Shown piece by piece: positions 56,632 to 64,000 of a stretch of DNA of 64,000 nt (position 1 is the first letter of the stretch; every line of letters begins with the position of its first letter). The stretch is from contig CANRAL010000002.1 of assembly GCA_947628585.1 (NCBI GenBank), forward strand, positions 1,343 through 65,342, written 5' to 3'. The notes below the pieces were generated by a model that did not search any database, was not told where the DNA came from, and was given only the letters and a program-made list of their open reading frames with translations. This DNA comes from an uncultured Bacilli bacterium. GTDB taxonomy: Bacteria; Bacillota_I; Bacilli_A; RF39; UBA660. Both the position numbers and the translations under genes were made by a program.

Positions 56632-57713
56632 TTTTTAAACCACCCAAATAATTTTTGCCAAAAGTTTTCTTTTTCTTTTTTACCATTAATATAAATATTT
56701 ACTTCTTTTATTAATTTATCTTTTAAATAAATTTCTGCTTTACCAATAATATCATCATTAACTATTTTATTTTTTTCAATTAATACATAATTTATATTTA
56801 AATTCTTTTTTTCTTTTTCTTTAAGCGGAATAAATACATCATCTTTAATATATAAATTATAATCCTTATATAATTTATCTTTTTTTATTTTAAAATTATC
56901 TTTAGATAAAACTTGATATGCCTGATAATTATTAAATACTTCATTATATAAAGTTAAATGATCTTCAAAGTCATTACCATCATTTAAGGTAACAATAACT
57001 AAATTTATATTATCTTTAGATGCCGTTGTAACTAAAGTTCTTCGCGCTTTTTCGGTAAATCCCGTTTTACCTCCCGTTATAAAATCATACTTATGAATAA
57101 GCCGGTTTTTACTTTGCCAAGTATAAGTTTTTTTATTGGTTTTAACTGTTTTACTTTTAGTTTTAAATATTTCTCTAAAAGTGGCATTTTGATAAGCATA
57201 TTTAGTAAGTAAAGCCATATCATAAGCTGTGGAAATATTACCTTTACCACTTTTTTCTTCTAAACCATGGGCATTATAAAAAAAAGTATCTTTCATACCA
57301 ATATTTTTGGCTAAAACATTCATTAAATAAGCAAAATTTTCCATACTACCTGCCACATTTTTAGCTATAACCATCGCCGCATCATTACCACTACGAAGCA
57401 TTAAACCATAAAGTAAATCTCTTAAAGTTAATTCTTCCCCAACTTCAATATAAATGGAGGAACCAAAAGCTTGATATATTTCTTCTCCCACTGTCACTTT
57501 TTTATCAATATTGGCATTTTCAATAGTTACTATCGCCGTCATAATTTTAGTAATAGAAGCAATTAATCTTTTTTCATGAATATTATTTTCATAATAAATT
57601 CGATCATTATCTAAATCCATTACAATTGCACTCGATGCACTAATAGCTAAAACTTTAATTGGTAAAAATAAAATTAAACAAAACAAAACTACTTTTTTCA
57701 TATGTCCCCTCAT
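56625..57713 (-). CDS. dacB: D-alanyl-D-alanine carboxypeptidase, S11 family (sporulation DacB-like)
   Basis: SITK (SxxK), SGN and KTG motifs. Signal peptide present. Operon with spmA-spmB. Confidence 0.85.
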   Translation of the reverse strand: MRGHMKKVVLFCLILFLPIKVLAISASSAIVMDLDNDRIYYENNIHEKRLIASITKIMTAIVTIENANIDKKVTVGEEIYQAFGSSIYIEVGEELTLRDLLYGLMLRSGNDAAMVIAKNVAGSMENFAYLMNVLAKNIGMKDTFFYNAHGLEEKSGKGNISTAYDMALLTKYAYQNATFREIFKTKSKTVKTNKKTYTWQSKNRLIHKYDFITGGKTGFTEKARRTLVTTASKDNINLVIVTLNDGNDFEDHLTLYNEVFNNYQAYQVLSKDNFKIKKDKLYKDYNLYIKDDVFIPLKEKEKKNLNINYVLIEKNKIVNDDIIGKAEIYLKDKLIKEVNIYINGKKEKENFWQKLFGWFKKW

Positions 57714-57781
57714 TTAAGAATATGAAAAAAATAATCAAGCCATGTATCTTTTAAACATAAAAAAAAGAAATATTCTTTCTT

Positions 57782-58339
57782 TTAATCTAAATCATAATTA
57801 TAAATACCATGTATTTTTTCTAAATCACTATTTGTTAATTCTTGTACTTGCCATTTACCTTTATCATCTTTTATTGTTTTAAAATTAATCGTATATTCTA
57901 CTGTATCATTCATTTTTTTCATTTGTTCTAATTTATAATCTAAAAACTTATTATTATCTAATATATTAGTATCCGTCATAAATTCTTCTTGATGAAGATT
58001 TAAATAATTTGTAGCATCTTCTTGAGCTTTATATAAATCATAAACAGTAACTTTAGTTTCTACTGTAGCCGTATCCCCATCATAATTTTCTTTAACTATT
58101 TCATACTTTAAATCACTATATTGTTTTTTTAATATATCTCGATATTTTTCTTCTTGGTCTTTTGTAAAATCTTCTTTAGCAATAACATCTTCTAAATCTC
58201 CTAAAACATTACTAGATAAATTTTTATATTGATCTAAAAATATTTTGACTGCATCTGAAGCATTACTCCTCGTAAAACTACATGCCATTAACGTAAAACT
58301 AGTTAAAATTAAACTTAAACATAAAATAATTTTTTTCAT
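57782..58339 (-). CDS. Lipoprotein, unknown function
   Basis: Lipobox LMAC after the signal peptide. Confidence 0.5.
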   Translation of the reverse strand: MKKIILCLSLILTSFTLMACSFTRSNASDAVKIFLDQYKNLSSNVLGDLEDVIAKEDFTKDQEEKYRDILKKQYSDLKYEIVKENYDGDTATVETKVTVYDLYKAQEDATNYLNLHQEEFMTDTNILDNNKFLDYKLEQMKKMNDTVEYTINFKTIKDDKGKWQVQELTNSDLEKIHGIYNYDLD

Positions 58340-58384
58340 TATATCCCATTCCTTACTTTTATATAATTACCAGTTTTTTATCTT

Positions 58385-59014
58385 TTATACCTTATTGTAA
58401 CTTAATTTAATTATTTTATATATTTTTTCTTCTACATATGTAATTTTATTATTTAATTTATTATTCATATCTTTATATATTTTATCTATATCTTTTTCCA
58501 AATTATTAAACCATTCTAAGTATAAAAACTGTAACTTTTTTAAATTTTTTTCTTGGTATAGTTTATCTATTTCTTCTTTTATATTATTTTTGATTACTTC
58601 TTCTTGTCTTAATTTTTGAACCATATTTTTTTGATTAATTATGGCATAATTAATATTAATATTTTTAATAGTATAAACTACCTCTAATAAGTTAAGTTCG
58701 TCATTTATTCTTAAGGGACTACAACTAATAGAATAGCCATCTTTATCAAACATAAAAGCCATGGCATTATTTTTATCAGCTAAAATTGTAGCATATTCAA
58801 TTATTTTTTCTGAAGTATTAGTTTTATTATGAATTAATTCTAAAAACTCTTGATCAACTTGAACTTTATTTAAAATAAAATCTTTTATTACTTTATTATT
58901 AACTTGAAACAAAGGTATTTTTTTTATATTTAAAAAATTATCACTAGCTAAGACATCATAAAAATTATAATTATTTTCTAAAAAATCTAATGTTATGTCG
59001 TAATAAAAATTCAT
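58385..59014 (-). CDS. Hypothetical protein (209 aa)
   Basis: ORF only. Confidence 0.35.
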   Translation of the reverse strand: MNFYYDITLDFLENNYNFYDVLASDNFLNIKKIPLFQVNNKVIKDFILNKVQVDQEFLELIHNKTNTSEKIIEYATILADKNNAMAFMFDKDGYSISCSPLRINDELNLLEVVYTIKNININYAIINQKNMVQKLRQEEVIKNNIKEEIDKLYQEKNLKKLQFLYLEWFNNLEKDIDKIYKDMNNKLNNKITYVEEKIYKIIKLSYNKV

Positions 59015-59289
59015 TTATCTGTTTCCTTTCTAATCCATAAATAATAAGTATTATACCTATAAATAAAGTATACATATATGGGTTACTAATAATAAAATAA
59101 ACAAATTCTAAAAAACTATACCCTATTGTTAATAAGTTTAAATATAAAATTAAGAAAAATAATCCGATACTGCATAATATTATTCCCAAAATAATAGTTA
59201 AAATAATATCACCTATGTAATAATAATATGCTAAATATTATTATATTTATTCTCTTTTTTATGGTACACTATATATAGAAGGTGAGATT

Positions 59290-59499
59290 ATGAAAAAAGA
59301 AATATTAATATCTGGTATGAGTTGTAATCATTGTGCTAAAAAGGTTGAAGATGCTTTAATAAGCATAGAAGGAGTCGAAAAAGTTAAAGTTGATTTAAAT
59401 AAAAAAATGGCTAAAATAAAATGTAATAAAGAAATAGATAATAATCTTATTAAAGAAATAATAACTAATTTAGGTTATGAAGTAGTTGGGATAAATTAA
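59290..59499 (+). CDS. copZ: Copper chaperone CopZ (heavy-metal-associated domain)
   Basis: GMSCNHC metal-binding motif. Length is 69 aa. Confidence 0.85.
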   Translation: MKKEILISGMSCNHCAKKVEDALISIEGVEKVKVDLNKKMAKIKCNKEIDNNLIKEIITNLGYEVVGIN

Positions 59500-59500
59500 G

Positions 59501-60097
59501 ATGAAAAAAATTATTGTTTTATTTTTAACTGTATTTTTACTCGCAGGTTGTAGTAATAATAACCCAATTGTAACTATGGAAATTGAAAATTATGGTACTA
59601 TTCAAGTGGAATTATATCGAAATGTTGCTCCCAATACCGTAGCTAACTTTGTTAATTTAATTGAAGATGGTTTTTATGATGGATTAACCTTTCATCGCTT
59701 AGTTAAAGGATTTGTTTTACAAGGAGGAGATCCTTTAGGCAATGGTAGTGGTACTCCAGGATATACCATTAAAGGGGAATTCAAAGCTAATGGCTTTAAT
59801 AATGCTTTAGTTCATACTGAAGGCGTCATATCGATGGCTAGAAGTGATGATTATGATTCCGCGGGTAGTCAATTTTTTATAGTTTTAGATAATAGTGCTC
59901 GAACTTCTTTAGATAATTTATATGCCGGATTTGGTAAAGTTATAAGTGGAATGGATACTATAAAGAAAATTGAAGAGCAAGAAGAAGTAATTGATGAAAT
60001 GGGAACTTTAAAAAATAAAATAACCATAACGAAAATGACAGTAGATACATTTGGTAAAAATTATAAAGTTGAAAAAATTATTCAAGATAACGAATAA
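59501..60097 (+). CDS. Cyclophilin-type peptidyl-prolyl cis-trans isomerase lipoprotein
   Basis: Lipobox LAGC. Cyclophilin motifs FHRLVKGFVLQGGD and SMARSDDYDSAGSQFFI. Confidence 0.85.
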   Translation: MKKIIVLFLTVFLLAGCSNNNPIVTMEIENYGTIQVELYRNVAPNTVANFVNLIEDGFYDGLTFHRLVKGFVLQGGDPLGNGSGTPGYTIKGEFKANGFNNALVHTEGVISMARSDDYDSAGSQFFIVLDNSARTSLDNLYAGFGKVISGMDTIKKIEEQEEVIDEMGTLKNKITITKMTVDTFGKNYKVEKIIQDNE

Positions 60098-60891
60098 TTT
60101 TTTTTATTTACTATTTGATGAAATTCATATATTTTTTGAGATATATCGGTGACTAAAGAAAAATTAGGACTTTCTTTAGTTAAGACAATTATTATATAAG
60201 GTTCCCTTGCTAAAACAATTCCCATATCATGATAAAAAGAACCATAATAGCCATATTTATGCAAAATAACTGGACAATCATCAAAACTTAAATAATTATA
60301 ATAACTATTTATAAAAAAACTTTTTAATTCTTTAGTACGAGAATTATCATTTTGAATTAAATAATTATATAAATATTTTAAATAGATAAATTCATCATTA
60401 ACTGTAGCAAGACCATAGATATCCGTAGAACCATTTGTTAAAACTTTAGTAGCTCCCAATAATTGTCCATAATGTTTTAAATTATCAAAACCAATTATTT
60501 GAACTAATTTTTGATGAGCTAAATTATCACTTCTTTTAATTGCTAAACGCACTAATTTTTTTATTTCTTCAGTTAATTCTAAATTTTCATAAACATATAA
60601 AGCATCTAATACTTTTATTAAACTAGCACCATAATAAATTTGATTTTCCTTATATTTATAGGTATATTGATTATTAATATTATAATATAATACACTAACG
60701 TTATAATTTTTTAAATAATTATTTAATAATGTTTCATAATTATTTATATTATCAATATTATCGGTTATTTTAATATCTATTAAGATATTTATGATAGGTA
60801 CTTTTTCTTCCTTTTTATTTTTTATCAATAAGATAATTAAAATAAAAATTAAAAGAAAGATAAATATTTTTTTTAAAAACATAATGTTCAT
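60082..60891 (-). CDS. Class A beta-lactamase-related serine hydrolase
   Basis: ASLIK (SxxK) and SDN motifs. N-terminal TM/signal. Confidence 0.5.
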   Translation of the reverse strand: MNIMFLKKIFIFLLIFILIILLIKNKKEEKVPIINILIDIKITDNIDNINNYETLLNNYLKNYNVSVLYYNINNQYTYKYKENQIYYGASLIKVLDALYVYENLELTEEIKKLVRLAIKRSDNLAHQKLVQIIGFDNLKHYGQLLGATKVLTNGSTDIYGLATVNDEFIYLKYLYNYLIQNDNSRTKELKSFFINSYYNYLSFDDCPVILHKYGYYGSFYHDMGIVLAREPYIIIVLTKESPNFSLVTDISQKIYEFHQIVNKKNYSLS

Positions 60892-60914
60892 ATTACATTA
60901 TATTATTAAAATTA

Positions 60915-61640
60915 TTATTTATCTAACTTAGTTATAAAATTAGTAGCCTCATATAAAGCCTCATTATATAAAGTAAGAAATTTATCAATTTTAATGTCTA
61001 ATTCTTCTTTAGTAAAATTAAAAGATAAAAAACGATATTTCTTTTTATTAATAAGACAATAACCTAATTTCTTTAATCCTGTTTTATCAAATCGATAATG
61101 TTTTAAAAAAGGATATACATTATTAATACCTTTAATAATTCTTTGACTATAAATATCATTTTCAAAATAATTATCAAAAATTATAGATAACTCCTTTTTA
61201 AAATCTTTAGTTAATTTTAAATGTTTTGGAATACTTTGTCTTACTTTAGATACATCATTTAAAATAACATCAATCTTAGTTTCTAATAAAGCATGCTGAT
61301 TACCATCATAATTTACGGTTTCATTAATATATGGATGGACCCGATTATCTAATATTTCATGAGCTAAATAACCATATAAAAAACTTTTTAAAGCTACATT
61401 ATTTATTTTTTTAGGTAAAAAATTATTAATATCTATTTCTTGTAATTCGCGAGCATAAAAATCATATTTCTTTTTTAATGGATATTCATATAATTTTAAA
61501 AAATATAATAAATCATGACCTTGATTTCCTAATATGAAATAATCTTTTATTAATGTTTTATTATTTAATCTTTGATAAAGATCATTACCAAATTTAAAAT
61601 GAGTTAATGTTCCTGCCATAAATAATCCTTTCTTAATCAT
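60915..61640 (-). CDS. Zinc-dependent phospholipase C-like / metal-dependent hydrolase family protein
   Basis: N-terminal GTLTHFKFG and internal His-rich motifs. Assignment is tentative. Confidence 0.35.
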   Translation of the reverse strand: MIKKGLFMAGTLTHFKFGNDLYQRLNNKTLIKDYFILGNQGHDLLYFLKLYEYPLKKKYDFYARELQEIDINNFLPKKINNVALKSFLYGYLAHEILDNRVHPYINETVNYDGNQHALLETKIDVILNDVSKVRQSIPKHLKLTKDFKKELSIIFDNYFENDIYSQRIIKGINNVYPFLKHYRFDKTGLKKLGYCLINKKKYRFLSFNFTKEELDIKIDKFLTLYNEALYEATNFITKLDK

Positions 61641-61688
61641 TATATCATTATTTTAGTGAAAAATTCGAAAATTTAATATATAATTATA

Positions 61689-62510
61689 ATGGTGATAATA
61701 ATGAATTTAATAAAATATATCATTTTAGGGATTATTCAAGGGTTTACTGAACCTTTACCTATTTCTAGTAGTGGTCATATTTTTTTATTTAAAAATATTT
61801 TTAATACGAATTTATTTAATTCTTTAAATTTTGAAATAATTTCTAACTTTGGATCTTTTTTAGCCATTTTAATTATTTTTTGGAAAGATATTGTTGATTT
61901 AATAAAATCATTTTTTACTTATATTTTTAATAAAGAAAAAAGAAAAATAAATTTAGAAAAATTTAAATATTGTTGGTATATTGTTGTTAGTACTATACCA
62001 GTTGGAATAACCGGGATTATTTTTAAAGAAAAATTAGAAAATTTATATTCTTTAAAGGGTTTAGCCATCGCCTTTTTAATTACTGCGCTTTCCCTTTTTA
62101 TTGTCCGAAATATTAAAGGAGAAAAACAAGATAAAGATATTACTTTAAAAGATGCTATAATTATTGGTTTATTTCAAGCTATAACGATTGTACCTGGCAT
62201 TAGTCGGAGTGGTACAGTTTTAGTTGCTTGTCTTCTTTGCAAATTAAAAAGAGAAACAGCTTTAAAATATACTTTTATTCTTTATTTTCCTGTTAGTGTA
62301 GCAACATTTATACTAGGAGTAAGTGATATCGTAGCAACGCCTAATTTAACGGATATGATATTACCTTATTCTTTAGGTTTAATTGCCGCGGGTATTGTTA
62401 CTTATTTATCTTATAAGTGGTTAAGTAATTTAGTTAAAAAGGGTCATCTATGGAAATTTTCGATTTATTGCTTATTCTTAGCCTTATTCATCTTTATTTA
62501 TTTTAGATAA
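61689..62510 (+). CDS. uppP: Undecaprenyl-diphosphatase
   Basis: ISSSGH and PGISRSG motifs, 8 TMs. Confidence 0.9.
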   Translation: MVIIMNLIKYIILGIIQGFTEPLPISSSGHIFLFKNIFNTNLFNSLNFEIISNFGSFLAILIIFWKDIVDLIKSFFTYIFNKEKRKINLEKFKYCWYIVVSTIPVGITGIIFKEKLENLYSLKGLAIAFLITALSLFIVRNIKGEKQDKDITLKDAIIIGLFQAITIVPGISRSGTVLVACLLCKLKRETALKYTFILYFPVSVATFILGVSDIVATPNLTDMILPYSLGLIAAGIVTYLSYKWLSNLVKKGHLWKFSIYCLFLALFIFIYFR

Positions 62511-62647
62511 TATAAAAAAGGAAGCGACTTCCTTTTTTTGTTGTGGGTTTAAAATAGTTTATTTCTTTTTCTCTTCATTAACCACCATCTTTCATTATAA
62601 TTTTAATTCTTTAATGTGAAATTTGCATGATTAATTAATGAACTTTG

Positions 62648-64000
62648 TTAACCTTTAATAACAAAATAAAATGTCGTTCCTTTATTAGAACTTAAAACTC
62701 CATATTTAAAATCATGTTTTTCTAATATTTCTTTAACAATAGCTAAACCTAATCCAGTTGAGACAACATTTCGCCGATGGAGTTTATCACTTTTATAATA
62801 TTTATTCCAAATATAAGGAATTTCTTCTTTTTTAATACCTTTACCTGTATCTATGATTTTAACAATATAATCTTTTTTATCTTTAATAACTTTAATAGTT
62901 ACTAATTTATCATCTCCAGTATAATTAATGGCATTATTAATTAAATTATAAATAACTTGATTTATTTTATCTTTATCCGCTTTTACCATTATTTCATTGG
63001 GAATATCTAAAACTAAATTATATTGTTCAGTTTCTTTAATAATATCATATTTTTTAACAATATTTTTTATTTCTTTAGCTAAATCATATTCCGTTATATT
63101 TAGCTTTTCGGTTTCCCCACTTTGTAATTTAGATAAAGTTAATATATCATTAACTAATAATGTTAAACGATCACTTTCATCAATTATAATATCTAAATGT
63201 TCTTGCATTTTATTAGGATCTTTATACGATATATCTTTAATCATTTCAGCATAGGCTTTAATCATAGTTAAGGGAGTCTTTAAATCATGGCTAACATTGG
63301 CCATCAAATCTCTTCTTAACTCATCGGTTTTAGTTAATTCCATCTTAGCTTGAGTTAAAGTTTTAGATAGCTCATCAATTTCTAAAATGTCACTTTCATC
63401 AAATTCGACATTCATTTTTCCTTTACCTAATAATTTAGCTTTTTTCGTTATTTTAGTTATAGGATCTGTTATCTTATTAGCTAAGAAAATAGATAAAATA
63501 ATGGCAATTAAAATAGCTACAATTGATAAATAAAGTAATTGTTTTTTAATAACAGTAGTTACCAAAGATATATCTTCCAAATTAGAATACATAAAAATAT
63601 ATTTATCGCCATATTTTATGGCATACATAACAGCAGCAACATGCTTATCTTCATTAATAAAATTATAAGTTTTTTGTTCTAAATTACTATTAATAAAAGA
63701 TTTAATCATTTTATTCGTATTTGGATTATTTTCATTTAATAAACAGCCTTCCATATTGCTATTTATTTTAGCTAAATAGTTAGTACTACTAGTTATGGCT
63801 ACACATACATCATTATTAAAAGTTTCTTCTTCTAATTTATTTAATATATCATCACTATTACTATTTTTAATATCATTAACCATTTTATCTAAATTTTTAA
63901 TTTGATATTTTTCATAATAAACATTAAAAATGGTAACTTGACTCAACCAAAGTAAAACAACAATAGTAATATTAAATATAATTAAATAAAAAAGGGTTTT
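62648..64000 (-). CDS. Sensor histidine kinase (HisKA plus HATPase_c), N-terminus runs past window end
   Basis: H-box HDLKTPL. N and G boxes (NLINNAINYT, DTGKGI, GLGLAIV). The open frame continues upstream of 63946 with a TM segment. Confidence 0.85.
   Translation of the reverse strand, partial: KTLFYLIIFNITIVVLLWLSQVTIFNVYYEKYQIKNLDKMVNDIKNSNSDDILNKLEEETFNNDVCVAITSSTNYLAKINSNMEGCLLNENNPNTNKMIKSFINSNLEQKTYNFINEDKHVAAVMYAIKYGDKYIFMYSNLEDISLVTTVIKKQLLYLSIVAILIAIILSIFLANKITDPITKITKKAKLLGKGKMNVEFDESDILEIDELSKTLTQAKMELTKTDELRRDLMANVSHDLKTPLTMIKAYAEMIKDISYKDPNKMQEHLDIIIDESDRLTLLVNDILTLSKLQSGETEKLNITEYDLAKEIKNIVKKYDIIKETEQYNLVLDIPNEIMVKADKDKINQVIYNLINNAINYTGDDKLVTIKVIKDKKDYIVKIIDTGKGIKKEEIPYIWNKYYKSDKLHRRNVVSTGLGLAIVKEILEKHDFKYGVLSSNKGTTFYFVIKG

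Noticed and set aside
1-64000. CRISPR arrays, rRNA genes, transposase/IS elements
   Set aside because: I saw no regularly spaced short direct repeats and no rRNA-like conserved stretches. No DDE/IS transposase ORFs were recognised. Only serine recombinases are present.
1-64000. Alternative genetic code (TGA=Trp, Mollicutes-like) suggested by very low GC
   Set aside because: Long uninterrupted ORFs with conserved motifs are obtained with the standard code. The presence of sporulation genes (dacB-spmAB) and sigH points to Clostridia-like Firmicutes.

Overview
The window is AT-rich (~28% GC) and read with the standard genetic code. It comes from a low-GC endospore-forming Firmicute (Clostridia-like). 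Supporting markers include a dacB-spmA-spmB spore-cortex operon, Ku plus a LigD-ligase pair, the sigH-secE-nusG order, a T-box upstream of pheST and a SAM-I riboswitch. The housekeeping backbone comprises pheST, a P-type ATPase, uppP, rluB, a histidine kinase and an ABC importer. Several accessory structures are layered on this backbone.

1. Tad/Flp-like operon (2473..12748, minus strand). It encodes CpaB, a CpaF/TadA ATPase, TadB and TadC. No Flp pilin, prepilin peptidase or TadZ is recognisable among the listed ORFs. Instead it carries a SipW-type (ER/archaeal-type) signal peptidase I, a membrane-anchored cell-wall hydrolase with a VanY/M15 peptidase domain, a 1062-aa cysteine-rich secreted giant protein and a 251-aa C-terminally anchored protein. 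I consider this the best candidate for an undescribed system.

2. Two integrated elements, each carrying a large serine recombinase, each splitting a host gene in a way that would restore the open reading frame on excision.
   - A ~9.7 kb element splits the ATPase gene of a NitT/TauT-type ABC importer.
   - A ~3.3 kb element splits a BclA-like collagen-repeat gene (a probable exosporium or spore-surface protein). This resembles the skin/SPbeta-type sporulation intervening elements.

3. A tRNA-Thr with an ~75 bp direct repeat of its 3' flank bracketing a ~1.6 kb islet. The islet contains a possible type I toxin peptide.

4. A compact (~260 aa) MetK-like gene under a SAM-I riboswitch.

5. A decayed dinD/Bro-N pseudogene.

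6. An Rpn-family nuclease followed by three unknown genes.

All functional calls are based on motif-level reading of the translations. No database searches were run.
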